A DNA stretch of 64,000 bases. Source: Bacteroidales bacterium. GTDB taxonomy: Bacteria; Bacteroidota; Bacteroidia; Bacteroidales; ML635J-15. Below, piece after piece: positions 1-10,119 of this stretch. The position numbers were made by a program, and so were the translations under genes. Position 1 is the stretch's first letter. Every line of letters begins with the position of its first letter. The DNA lies in the NCBI GenBank assembly GCA_027858835.1, contig JAQIBY010000139.1, positions 611 through 64,610 on the forward strand. Direction: 5' to 3'. The notes below the pieces were generated by a model, which worked only from the letters and a program-made list of their open reading frames with translations, ran no database searches and was not told the DNA's origin.

Positions 1-118
1 CAATCGCTTCTTTAACTGAATTTGCGGTGCCAACCACTTCGATTTCATGCATGCCTTTCAGGAAAAGCTGAATGGTATTTATTATATGTTTTTCATCATC
101 TACAATAAATGCTTTCAT
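1..118 (-). CDS. LytTR-family response regulator, N-terminal part (runs off the window)
   Basis: Manual translation from ATG at 118 gives MKAFIVDDEKHIINTIQLFLKGMHEIEVVGTANSVKEAI, a receiver-domain start (IVDDE). ATGA overlap with the stop of the upstream LytS-type kinase. LytTR output domain inferred from the partner, not seen. Confidence 0.85.
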   Translation of the reverse strand, partial: MKAFIVDDEKHIINTIQLFLKGMHEIEVVGTANSVKEAI

Positions 119-1980
119 TTCAATATTTGGATTTCAAAGTTAACAATGACTCCTTGGCTTGCTTTTTCTGTGATGTGCTGTGTAATTTTGAATTTTTTAT
201 CATGATTAATTGCTCGGATGCGTTCTTTGGTGATATCTATCGCATGGGAAATGTTTTCCGGTTTTTCTGTGGCATTTTTTGTTGAAAATCCTGGTCCATT
301 ATCTGAAACTTGTAATTTTATTCCATCATTTGTTTTTGTAATCGACAATTGAATTAAACCTTGTTTGTCCTCAGGTAATTTTCTCATCCCATGTTCAATG
401 GCATTTTCAAGAAAAGGTTGAAGAATCATGGGAGGGAGGCTAGTGTTTTCTATGTCTATTTGTTCGTCGATTGTAATTTGGTAATCAAATTTATTGGAAA
501 AACGAAGTTGTTGCAGTTTAAGATAAGATGTTAAAATTTCTGTTTCTTTTTCAATTGTAATTTCCTCGGCTCGTGATGCATCGAGAATATTTCGCATGAG
601 TTTCGAAAAATCCAGAAGATAAACCATACTATCCATGCTATTGTGTTGGATTATATAATTTTGAATGGCTCCCAGTGCATTAAACATAAAGTGTGGGTTC
701 ATTTGGGAGCGGAGCATCTTGTTTTCCAGTGCAATTTGCCTGTTTTTCGCTTTGAGTCGTGACCTGTAAACCAATAAAAGCACGATGAGTGAAGTAAGGA
801 CAAAGCTGAATATTGCCAGAATCAGTAAATCTTTCTGCCGTTTCAGTTCAAATTCGCTAAACATTAAGGATTGTTCCGCTAAGATTATTTGATGTTCTTT
901 TTGTTTCGTGCCAAATATTACTTCTTGCTTGCTGATTGCCTCATTCATTTCAGCGTTCTGCAAGCTGTCCTTAAGTTGTGTCCTTTCATGCAATGTGGCA
1001 ATACAGGCTTCGTATGCATGGTTTTTCTCTTGCAGTTCCGCTTTAAGATCCAGAATTTCTATGTGGTTTTGACGCAAGTTTTGAGCTTTGCTGATTGCGA
1101 TTCCTTTTTGAATAAATGATTCAGCCTCCACTAGGTTTTCAGTCTTCAAGTAGGCCAATGCTGCATTTTTATAAATTCTTGTTTTTAGTAGTTTGTTATC
1201 GGTTTTTTCAGCTTGTTTGGCGGCATCTTCTAAGATTTCAATTGCTTCCGGGATTCTGTTGGTTTGGATGTAAATGGATGCAATGTTACTTAAGAGTTGT
1301 GCTTCAAAGCTGTCCATATCAAACATCCGATAAATATCGAGGCTTTTTTGATAAAAATATAATGCCGAGTCGGGTTTTTCAAAATTCTCCTCGTAAATCA
1401 CGCCCAAATTATTGTAAGAAGAGGCGATTCCTAAAGTATCCCTCGATTTTTGCTTGCTGTTGAGGGCGAGTTTGTGATATTTCAGCGCTTTATCTTTTTC
1501 GTTTATTTCTTGGAAAACGACACCTAGATTGTTATAAACTTTAGATTCAGACTTGTTGTCCTTCATCTTGATAAAGATGTCAAGTGCTTGATGATAGTTT
1601 TCCACAGCTAAGTCGTATTTCCCTTCCAATTCATAAGTTACTGCAATGTTAGATTGCATCCTGCCAATTTCAATGCTGTCGTTTATATTTGTAAATTCAT
1701 TTTTTGCAATTTTGAAGAAATCTCTTGCTGATTTAATTTCACCACGTTGGTAGCAGCTTAAACCACAGCTAGCAATGTCACTAGTTGGAATAGCAATGAT
1801 TCCGGCTTGTATGAGATTTTTCGATTTCTCAATATAATGTGATAAACTGTCTTCTGGAGCAGCTAATATTTGAGCAGATAAATTTTGGGCAAAGCTGCTG
1901 TTATGCAATGCCAGTATCAGTATAAAACTAAAAATTATGTAACGAACTTTCATCAAACATAATAAATGTCTCACAAACAT
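115..1980 (-). CDS. TPR-repeat sensor histidine kinase, LytS/His_kinase family
   Basis: Signal peptide, TPR repeats (YNNLGVVF, YNNLGVIY), one TM helix, LRSQMNPHFMFNAL H-box, LQPFLENAIEHG N-box, SDNGPGF G-box. Start may be 1953. Confidence 0.93.
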   Translation of the reverse strand: MFVRHLLCLMKVRYIIFSFILILALHNSSFAQNLSAQILAAPEDSLSHYIEKSKNLIQAGIIAIPTSDIASCGLSCYQRGEIKSARDFFKIAKNEFTNINDSIEIGRMQSNIAVTYELEGKYDLAVENYHQALDIFIKMKDNKSESKVYNNLGVVFQEINEKDKALKYHKLALNSKQKSRDTLGIASSYNNLGVIYEENFEKPDSALYFYQKSLDIYRMFDMDSFEAQLLSNIASIYIQTNRIPEAIEILEDAAKQAEKTDNKLLKTRIYKNAALAYLKTENLVEAESFIQKGIAISKAQNLRQNHIEILDLKAELQEKNHAYEACIATLHERTQLKDSLQNAEMNEAISKQEVIFGTKQKEHQIILAEQSLMFSEFELKRQKDLLILAIFSFVLTSLIVLLLVYRSRLKAKNRQIALENKMLRSQMNPHFMFNALGAIQNYIIQHNSMDSMVYLLDFSKLMRNILDASRAEEITIEKETEILTSYLKLQQLRFSNKFDYQITIDEQIDIENTSLPPMILQPFLENAIEHGMRKLPEDKQGLIQLSITKTNDGIKLQVSDNGPGFSTKNATEKPENISHAIDITKERIRAINHDKKFKITQHITEKASQGVIVNFEIQILK

Positions 1981-1997
1981 ATAAAAATATCTGATGC

Positions 1998-4900
1998 TTA
2001 TCTAATGATAGTAAGTTTTTGTTTTAGCAACTCATTATCTGTCTTAATCTCAAAATAATACAGCCCGTTGCTAAATGATTCCGGGATGTTAAACCGCATT
2101 GTTTTATTATTGCAATTTCTTTCGTAAAGCACCTTTCCGTGAATGTTCAGGATACGAATTCGTTGTAAATTTGCTTTTTCAGACTGAATAACAATATTGT
2201 TTGATGCAGGATTTGGATAAATTGAAACGCTGTTTTGATTGGAGGCCTCTGGGATATCCACCGGATTTAGTATTTGTAAACTTACTGGGATTTCTGTTTG
2301 ATCATCATTATGGTAAATGGTGATGTTTCCATAATAAAAGCCCGGGTTTAGTCCGTTGGAATTAAAGCTAAGGATTAGGTTTGTGTCGTTTTCGAAATAT
2401 AAATCTCCATTAAAATGATCCAGACTTAACCATTGCTCATCTGCATTTGAGAGATTAATCGTTCCTTGAAGTTCATGAGGTGTGCTCCCATAAATGTCGC
2501 CATAGATCATGTAAGGTATGTTTAAATCCCCAGTCACCCCATCAGATACATTAAAAACAATGTCGGAACTCGCATATTCACTACCATAAATATTTCCCCA
2601 GTCGTCACAAGTCCATTCAATTTCAGCAGCATGTCCGGTGGAATTGTTTGTTGTTAATGGACCGCCACCACCACCAATAAAGTCAGTACTGCTAATTACT
2701 TCTGTGCCCCCCGGAAATGTAATATTGATTGTTTTTAGCCATTCAGAATCTGTCGATGTATTATAGACAGTTGCTGTAACGGTATTTTCACCTGTAACAT
2801 AGGTGTTTGGGGTGAAATTAATTTCTGATCCGTCAATGTTTTTAAGTGATTTTCCTATTTCGTCAAGTTCCAGCCAAATGTCGTAATGTAAGTGTCCTGC
2901 ACCTGCATTGCTTATTACAATGCTGTCATCATCCTGTAAATTTTGATACATTACTTTTGTAATGCTGTTTGTGCTTACTTCGAATTCAGGTGGTAGGTTC
3001 ATTAATGGCGGAAATACAATAGAGTCTATCCAAGCTGCATCTTGTCCTGCAGTAGTTTGAAAATCTTTTCGGTAGCGCCAAGTAAATTCATGATATCCAA
3101 CATCTACGGAATAAGCAAAAATCGCCCAATCCATTTCTCCTGACCAAGACATTTGTACCTCGCCGTCAATCATGAAATCCAGAAAATCATAATAGGTTTG
3201 GGATGATACTTTTCGCACAAATGAGATTTCACCGGGATTTGTTACATCAAAGGCAATGCTGATGCTCGTTTCTGAGCTATTATCAATTGCTCCTGATTGC
3301 ATTGCAAAATTTCCATGATACACTTCCTGGTCGGTAATGAACCATGGTGTCGGGCTTTCTAAATCCCAAGGGTATTGGTTGAAATCAGCTGTTTCAAAAT
3401 CTTCAAGTGAAATTCCTACCGGGATATTTGCAGGAATATTGATTTCATAATCAGAAGTGTTGTGTAGGTTAATGTTAAACGCAAGGACATAACCCTCTGG
3501 AACAGTTTCTGCCACTGTTACATTAATTTGAAATATGCCTGTGCCGTCAGGAGAAATGTGAGAGATGAAAGCAGTTCCGGAATTAATTGTTGCTAGTGGG
3601 TCGTCGCAGGTGACTTGAATTTCCAAATCCTGAGCAGGAATAAGTGCCGAATTTCCAAGCATAAATTTGACATCCGTGGTTTCATCCATATCAAGTAAGT
3701 GGTTGTCGTCATCAAGGATGTCATAAGCGTCTAATGCTATTTCAGGTGTATGTACTGTGATTTCAAAATTATTGTTTTGTTCGAAACCATTGTCTGCTGA
3801 AGCAAAGAGATTTAAATAATTAATTTCGGATTCAGGGACACTGCTCGCAGTCTGAACAGCAAATTGAATGACAGAATCTGTGCCAGGAGTAAGCTCAATT
3901 AGCTGAATGTTATTAATGTCAATTTGGAGCGATGTTTGGCTGTTTGTCAAAAGAAAGTCAATCGTGTCTAAATCTGCGCCACCAACGTTCCTAAGGTTAA
4001 GTTGTATCGTTCCGCTTTCTTCGGCAGCAAAATATCCGTCGTTTCCATCCTGTATTGTTATATTTTCAATGATAATATTCGGGGCATTTCCAATTAATGC
4101 TACCGGAAAATCATAGTTTCCCTGATCACAAGTCATATTGATATTGAGTGTAATTTCGTGCTGGTCGGGGATGCTGCCTGAGACAGTAAATTGAAATGCA
4201 TCCGTGAGGGATTCAGTCGCATCAGCAGGCATGTCGGGTAAGCTGCCTGAATTGTCGGTGATTGTTATGTAGGGGTCGCTTGATTCAAGTTCAAGTAGAA
4301 TATTCGTCATTTCAGAATTCATCGGATTATGAGCCTGTAATGAAAGATTAACAAGTTCGGAATATTCAATGATTGCGTCTCCATCGCTTGTACTTGTGCT
4401 AATATCAAAAGTTAAACCTTCACTAAATATCGGGATGGATCGTATGTCAACAAGTCCGTTGTTATCAGTGACTTTTATGTGTAGATCTTCTCCGGAATAT
4501 ACGATGCTTGGAGTTCCTGTTATTAAACCATTTTCTGAAATTTCAAATTCCTCAAGGCGTGAGTAAGGGGTTAACATTTTAGAATAACCTTCCGAGATAT
4601 TTGTCATGTCATCAAAAAAGAATTTTTGCATGGTTTTATTGTTGCCTTTGCTTACACCACAGACATATGTTTGTTGTTGCGATGTGTTGGCATTTCCGTA
4701 AGTCATAGTTATTTTCCCTGTTTCAAATAGGTTGACTGAATAATCGATAGTATTATTGTCAAAATTCAGTGTAAGATAACCTAAACCTTCCTGCATCTTA
4801 ATATTCCAGTTTGTTTGACTGTTATAAAATGGGGCAATACAGCGTGAATGGCTAAAAACCACATGGTCGTCGTTGTTGTAAGGTAAATTATGCGTAAAAC

Positions 4901-6569
4901 TTTCATCGAAAGCAATAATTCCGTATTCGGAGACATATATGCTTGAATACAGAGAATCATAAAATGGGAATTCAAAATTCAGATTGACTTCAGTAAGGCT
5001 TCCACTAATGCTTTCGCCGGTGAGTGATATGAAACCTGTTGTTTCTTCAACTTGAAAATCAGGATTAAATTCCCAGAAATAGGGTTCAGTGCCGTTTTCT
5101 GCTTGCATTTGTGCTTCGTATGATGCTAAAATAGGGGCAGGTGGGAGCACCGTTGTACTGATTGACGGTGGATCAAAGTTACATGCGTGAGTTGCTGATA
5201 AAATGGTTTTCCCGTTTTGGATAATCGGGATATTTTCTTGTGTTGATGGGGTTTCCAGTACAGTTTCTGCGGTGTAGTCCATCACAGAAAAGTAATTAAC
5301 GGTTCCAATACCGGTGGCATCTGAATCGTTTTCGGTGACACATAGAAAATATTTTGCAGTTTGATTCGGTTCAATGTGGTTTAATAATGGCGTTAAATCG
5401 AGTCCAAACTCCAATGTTTTATTTTCTTCGTTGGTTCCTCCTGTCATGTATTGGTCTGAGCATTGGTAATCGAGAATGGGAAATTCCATTTCAAATTCAG
5501 GCTGTGTGCTGCTAAGGTTTGTGCTGATTCCGGCTGTTACTTTTATTCTTTGGCGCTTATTGTATGTAATGGATGCCTTTGCAGTGATTTGTGGTTCATA
5601 ATCGGGGATTGCATCCTGAACGGTAACAATTCCATTCCAGAAACCGCCTTCAGCAATGGTCTTATACATAACATAAATAAAGCCACCATTTGCAAATGAG
5701 GGACCGCCCGAGTAAGTGTTGGCAATTTTTACGCCACCAATTTCCCAGTCTTTTATGTTTACGACACCATCACCATTTATATCAATATGATTTGTGTATT
5801 GTCCGTCGTTATTGTAGTCATAACAAATTGAATCATGATATCCGACAACCGTCATTGCATGAGATGTTCCACCGTACATGTTTGGCACAACATACATGCC
5901 TTCTTCGGGAGTTCCTGCTGGTAGCGTATAGGATGCAGATGGCACACCATTATAAAAATTCGCAACCCCACCATGTGGACTGCCATTCAGATGATCGTTC
6001 ATCCAATGTTTTAAAGTCAGCATGCCTTCTTCAGTGGACACGTCAATCTTATACGCCTGGCGGATACGATTTTTCATTGCGCTGTAATACAAGTCGTAGC
6101 CTGTCATCCAGCGAGTAGTTCCTCCGGTGTCATTTGTGCCACCATAATTTTGTAAATTTGGAGTGCCGACCAATCGTAAAACATCATAGGTGTGATAATA
6201 ACTGACACCGTAATAGGCATCGCTTTCCCAGTTATAGACAAAGTGGGTTGGATACCGTGTTGTGTCACTGTCAGCTGCCAGATTTCTGACACAATTAATT
6301 TCATAATTAAATCCTAAACCAACCGATGATGCTTGACCACAACTCATTCCGGCTTGCTGAAACACATCTCTGAAAAAGATTTCTTCAGCATTATTTTTTA
6401 TGTGGGGGATACTGCGGTTTTTATATGAATCCGGCAATTTGAGTTCCGGTAAATTCATGATTGCTTGTTTGTCTTTTTCGCTAATGGAGCGATCCTGTGC
6501 GGATAAGTTAAAGACGGAAATAAGTAGTCCCCAAAAGAGTAAATGTTTAAAATATTTCATGGCATGCAT
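1998..6569 (-). CDS. T9SS-secreted papain-like (C1-type) cysteine protease with Ig-like/beta-sandwich domains
   Basis: Signal peptide; QQAGMSCGQAS (Gln and Cys), HAMTVVGY (His), KIANTY (Asn); C-terminal SIYPNPASNNIVIQ...KQKLTIIR T9SS type A CTD. Start may be 6560. Confidence 0.75.
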   Translation of the reverse strand: MHAMKYFKHLLFWGLLISVFNLSAQDRSISEKDKQAIMNLPELKLPDSYKNRSIPHIKNNAEEIFFRDVFQQAGMSCGQASSVGLGFNYEINCVRNLAADSDTTRYPTHFVYNWESDAYYGVSYYHTYDVLRLVGTPNLQNYGGTNDTGGTTRWMTGYDLYYSAMKNRIRQAYKIDVSTEEGMLTLKHWMNDHLNGSPHGGVANFYNGVPSASYTLPAGTPEEGMYVVPNMYGGTSHAMTVVGYHDSICYDYNNDGQYTNHIDINGDGVVNIKDWEIGGVKIANTYSGGPSFANGGFIYVMYKTIAEGGFWNGIVTVQDAIPDYEPQITAKASITYNKRQRIKVTAGISTNLSSTQPEFEMEFPILDYQCSDQYMTGGTNEENKTLEFGLDLTPLLNHIEPNQTAKYFLCVTENDSDATGIGTVNYFSVMDYTAETVLETPSTQENIPIIQNGKTILSATHACNFDPPSISTTVLPPAPILASYEAQMQAENGTEPYFWEFNPDFQVEETTGFISLTGESISGSLTEVNLNFEFPFYDSLYSSIYVSEYGIIAFDESFTHNLPYNNDDHVVFSHSRCIAPFYNSQTNWNIKMQEGLGYLTLNFDNNTIDYSVNLFETGKITMTYGNANTSQQQTYVCGVSKGNNKTMQKFFFDDMTNISEGYSKMLTPYSRLEEFEISENGLITGTPSIVYSGEDLHIKVTDNNGLVDIRSIPIFSEGLTFDISTSTSDGDAIIEYSELVNLSLQAHNPMNSEMTNILLELESSDPYITITDNSGSLPDMPADATESLTDAFQFTVSGSIPDQHEITLNINMTCDQGNYDFPVALIGNAPNIIIENITIQDGNDGYFAAEESGTIQLNLRNVGGADLDTIDFLLTNSQTSLQIDINNIQLIELTPGTDSVIQFAVQTASSVPESEINYLNLFASADNGFEQNNNFEITVHTPEIALDAYDILDDDNHLLDMDETTDVKFMLGNSALIPAQDLEIQVTCDDPLATINSGTAFISHISPDGTGIFQINVTVAETVPEGYVLAFNINLHNTSDYEINIPANIPVGISLEDFETADFNQYPWDLESPTPWFITDQEVYHGNFAMQSGAIDNSSETSISIAFDVTNPGEISFVRKVSSQTYYDFLDFMIDGEVQMSWSGEMDWAIFAYSVDVGYHEFTWRYRKDFQTTAGQDAAWIDSIVFPPLMNLPPEFEVSTNSITKVMYQNLQDDDSIVISNAGAGHLHYDIWLELDEIGKSLKNIDGSEINFTPNTYVTGENTVTATVYNTSTDSEWLKTINITFPGGTEVISSTDFIGGGGGPLTTNNSTGHAAEIEWTCDDWGNIYGSEYASSDIVFNVSDGVTGDLNIPYMIYGDIYGSTPHELQGTINLSNADEQWLSLDHFNGDLYFENDTNLILSFNSNGLNPGFYYGNITIYHNDDQTEIPVSLQILNPVDIPEASNQNSVSIYPNPASNNIVIQSEKANLQRIRILNIHGKVLYERNCNNKTMRFNIPESFSNGLYYFEIKTDNELLKQKLTIIR

Positions 6570-6810
6570 TTTATTTTATGAAAGTACGATTTTTTTTGTT
6601 TCAATTGTAAAAAAAATGTATTTCTTCTGTTTTGGAAAATGGCTCGGTGTTATACCAATTGTGTTTCCAAATGATTGACAATGAAATTTTGAAACTACAA
6701 TGGTTAATGCCGATATTACAGCAAAACAAGCATACAGAACGAAGTGAAAGTATGCGCCATTTTGATGTTTAATCGGTATTGTTGGGTGTTTTTTCCGGGG
6801 TTTAGTACAT

Positions 6811-6851
6811 AAAAAAAAGAGCCATCCACTAACCAGCGGATGGCTCTTTTT
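6811..6851 (-). terminator. Intrinsic terminator after the M16 peptidase gene (possibly bidirectional)
   Basis: AAAAAGAGCCATCC-10 nt-GGATGGCTCTTTTT perfect stem flanked by A and T tracts. Confidence 0.85.
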
Positions 6852-6872
6852 AGTATAATATGGACTTACTTC

Positions 6873-9860
6873 TTATTCTGTCACATAGAATGTCTCATCA
6901 AAAAGAGTTTCGTTTTCTTGAATAATTTGGTCGTTACCGTAAACACAGATGATGTTTTCGCTAAGGATATCTTGTGTCAAGCTTTGGAATGATTTGATAT
7001 CTTCCATGCTGGTACTGAGAATTGCATCCCGCTCAGCCTGAGCATCTGCTTCGGTTTTCTGTTCGAAATAATTATTAACAGCTTGCGAGCCACGTTGTGA
7101 GGCGGTAGTCGGTTTGTCAAGCTTTGCAATGGTTCCAATAATGAATCGTGTCATTTCTTGTTCCTCGGGTAAAAAGGTTTCTAAGAAGATCGGTGTTGCA
7201 TCAAAATTTTCAAGCGTTTCGGTTAGGTTTGGATCCCGGTATGATGCAAAATATACATTTCCGCTTGGACTGAATCCTGCAAATCCTCCATATGCACCAC
7301 CAATCACACGAATTTGTGTTTGCAGATAATCCCGTGATAAAATCTGATTCAGCACGCGCATTTTTGGATTCCATTCGTAACCGAGTTGTTTGAAATTTCC
7401 GCCTTTGGTTACATACTGCACTTTGGACATTGCCATTATGCCTTCGTTTTTCACTTCAGGAGAGAATTTCCAGGCTTGCATTTCAGAAGTTTCTGTGCTA
7501 AGCGTTTTATTAAATGCTTTCAATGATTTCTCAAAGCTTTCATAATTTTTCTCAGAACAGGTAACCGATGCAATCATGTTGTCTTTAGTGAAAAGCAGTT
7601 CGGCAGTTTTTATTAATTTTTCAATGATTTCATCTTGATTTTCATCAAAATCTGCCATTAGCTTGTCAATGAATTGATAATATTCATAACCATTTAAGAT
7701 TTCGTTATATGCTCCGTAAGCTGTTTGATAAGAACTCAAGCGTGTGAGTGCCACATTAATTCCCCGATTATTCACAAAGGACATTTGGTTTGAATGATGT
7801 CTTTGTAAAAGTGTTTTCAAACGTACGCTGTCATTATATTTCGTGTTGTTGATTATTTCGGATACAAGTTCTGTTGCAATTGCTTCTTTGTCTTCTGTTG
7901 CTTTGTATGAGACAGTGAATTTCGGGATGAAATTCTCGGTTGATTGTTTCACCATGAAAGTACTTAGATAGGTGTAAAAGCTTCCTGTGTGAATGTTTAA
8001 CTGATTTTCAAGCTCTCCAAATTCATATTTTTCAGTACTCATATTCCCGAGAATTTCTGACAATAAATTTGCATAAGGTAAGTATTCCTGCGGCAACACT
8101 CTCAAGTCGAAATAGAAATTTGAGTAAAGGATGTCATTGGTGAAGTCATTGTAAAATAGTATGTTGGTTTTGTCTATGGATTTTTCTGTTATTTCATAGA
8201 ATTCAGCTTCTGTATCAATGTCAGAAAGTTCGAGCATCGGAACCATCGCAACTTCCTCAGGGCTGTCTTCTTCTTCCTGATATTCTTTGAGTGCCAGCGT
8301 TTTTTCAATTAATTGTCCCAGCTCTTCTTCGGATAAACTTGCCTTGTATTCTGCAAGTTCTTTTTTGATTTCCTCACCGCGTTTTTTCTCTAAGCCTGGC
8401 TCAGGTTCCAGAATAGTGAGTAATGCGAAATTGTTATCAATGAAATGTTCCTGAATCATGTTTTCAAGTAAGCCATTTTCTAGGTCGGCTTTAACTGCTG
8501 CAAGTGGAGCTTCAAATTCAAGTCCGAGATAAGGATTGTCTGCAAAAAATACATAAGGAATGGTTCTGTACATGTACATCATCCCTTTTTGAGGAGTGTT
8601 TCCTTCGCGAAGTCTGAATTCCATTCGATTAACGATTCCTTCCAGCATTTCCTGGTCAAATCCTTCATTAACTATCTCGTTCAGTGTGTTAAAGATGATT
8701 GATTCAAACGCTTCTTTATCTTCTGGGTTTGCATTTTCAACACCAATGGTAAATACATTTTGTTTATTGCTGCTATTGTATCCATACACACTTTTTCCAA
8801 TCCCGGCTTCCTGAATTGCAAGACGCAAAGGAGCAGATTCGTGACCGACCATTGCTTCACTTAAAATACGGAGTGCAAAATTCATTTCAGGATCTGTATT
8901 GTCTCCGAAAACAAAGCTATAAGTCAAATAGGTTTTATCTTCTGTTTCTGCATTTTCAGCAACTGGATACGTGCCGTGAACATCTTTTCTTTCTTTAAAG
9001 CCCTTTTGAATCGGAATACTGATTTCTTCATCAGATTTTTCGTATTTTGACAGATATTCTTTGTCAATAAATTCCAATTCTTTATTCAAATCAGCATTTC
9101 CGTAAAGGAGGATATAGCTGTTCGTTGGGTGATAATATTTTTCATGAAAATCACGAAAATGTTCGATAGTTAATTCGGGGATTGCATCCGGATGTCCACC
9201 TGATGAAACGCCATAAGTATTATCTGGGAAAAGCGTTTTGTATGTGAGGTAGCTCAGTTGACGATAAGGCTGTGAAAACGAACCTTTCATCTCATTATAA
9301 ACCACCCCTTTGTAAGTGATTTCATCATCTAAACTATTGAGTTCATAATGCCATCCTTCTTGATCAAAAATCCTGTCATCTTCATGCAACAAGGGATTGA
9401 AAACTGCATCAAGATAGACATGCATGAGATTGAAATAATCTTTTTCATTCATACTGGCAACCGGGTAGGTTGTCCAATCTGAGCTAGTCATTGCATTTAG
9501 GAATGTGTTTAAAGAGCCTTTTGTTAAAATTTCAAACGGGCTTTTTACCGGAAAGTTTTTTGATCCGTTTAATACGGAATGCTCAATGATATGTGGTGTT
9601 CCACCATCGGTAGAGGGTAGGGTTTTAAATGCGATGTTAAAAAGTTTGTTTTCATCGTCAGCCATAATTTTCATTAAGCGTGCCCCACTTTTTTCGTGAG
9701 TAAAAAACAAACAATCGGCATTTACTTCTTCAACAAACTTTTTCTGTTCAAGTTTAAAACCGTTATACACTTCACCAACTTTGAATTCTTCCTTTGGTTG
9801 GCAGGCCCAAATTAAAGACATTGTGATACCAATTAATAATACAACACTAATTTTTTTCAT
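6873..9860 (-). CDS. M16C (presequence protease/PreP-like) zinc metallopeptidase, predicted lipoprotein
   Basis: Inverted zincin HIIEH, FLNAMT, GVVYNEMKG, IRVIGGAYG and SYRDPN motifs. MKKISVVLLIGITMSLIWAC signal with lipobox, so start placed at 9860. Confidence 0.92.
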   Translation of the reverse strand: MKKISVVLLIGITMSLIWACQPKEEFKVGEVYNGFKLEQKKFVEEVNADCLFFTHEKSGARLMKIMADDENKLFNIAFKTLPSTDGGTPHIIEHSVLNGSKNFPVKSPFEILTKGSLNTFLNAMTSSDWTTYPVASMNEKDYFNLMHVYLDAVFNPLLHEDDRIFDQEGWHYELNSLDDEITYKGVVYNEMKGSFSQPYRQLSYLTYKTLFPDNTYGVSSGGHPDAIPELTIEHFRDFHEKYYHPTNSYILLYGNADLNKELEFIDKEYLSKYEKSDEEISIPIQKGFKERKDVHGTYPVAENAETEDKTYLTYSFVFGDNTDPEMNFALRILSEAMVGHESAPLRLAIQEAGIGKSVYGYNSSNKQNVFTIGVENANPEDKEAFESIIFNTLNEIVNEGFDQEMLEGIVNRMEFRLREGNTPQKGMMYMYRTIPYVFFADNPYLGLEFEAPLAAVKADLENGLLENMIQEHFIDNNFALLTILEPEPGLEKKRGEEIKKELAEYKASLSEEELGQLIEKTLALKEYQEEEDSPEEVAMVPMLELSDIDTEAEFYEITEKSIDKTNILFYNDFTNDILYSNFYFDLRVLPQEYLPYANLLSEILGNMSTEKYEFGELENQLNIHTGSFYTYLSTFMVKQSTENFIPKFTVSYKATEDKEAIATELVSEIINNTKYNDSVRLKTLLQRHHSNQMSFVNNRGINVALTRLSSYQTAYGAYNEILNGYEYYQFIDKLMADFDENQDEIIEKLIKTAELLFTKDNMIASVTCSEKNYESFEKSLKAFNKTLSTETSEMQAWKFSPEVKNEGIMAMSKVQYVTKGGNFKQLGYEWNPKMRVLNQILSRDYLQTQIRVIGGAYGGFAGFSPSGNVYFASYRDPNLTETLENFDATPIFLETFLPEEQEMTRFIIGTIAKLDKPTTASQRGSQAVNNYFEQKTEADAQAERDAILSTSMEDIKSFQSLTQDILSENIICVYGNDQIIQENETLFDETFYVTE

Positions 9861-10119
9861 TGTACAAATTTTATTTTGATTTTCATGCACAAGGTAAGTA
9901 TAAAAATGGCTTAGCCGACTGATAAACCTGTAAACTGACTATAAGAAATCGTAATGTTTTGTTAAAACGTACAATATGAGTAGATTTTCTCATATTTCAC
10001 GGAGCAAAAAACTATTTTCATAGCAAAAAATAGTACAACTTCGTTCTGAGATGAAGGTTAAATCGGCCATATGACATAAACGCTTAAAGCCTTAGCGAAG
10101 GAAGATAAACTTCAGCAAT

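Noticed and set aside
6630-6725. LytTR direct-repeat binding sites upstream of the papain-like gene
   Set aside because: CAAT-like repeats have irregular spacing (23 and 19 bp) in AT-rich sequence; not distinguishable from chance.
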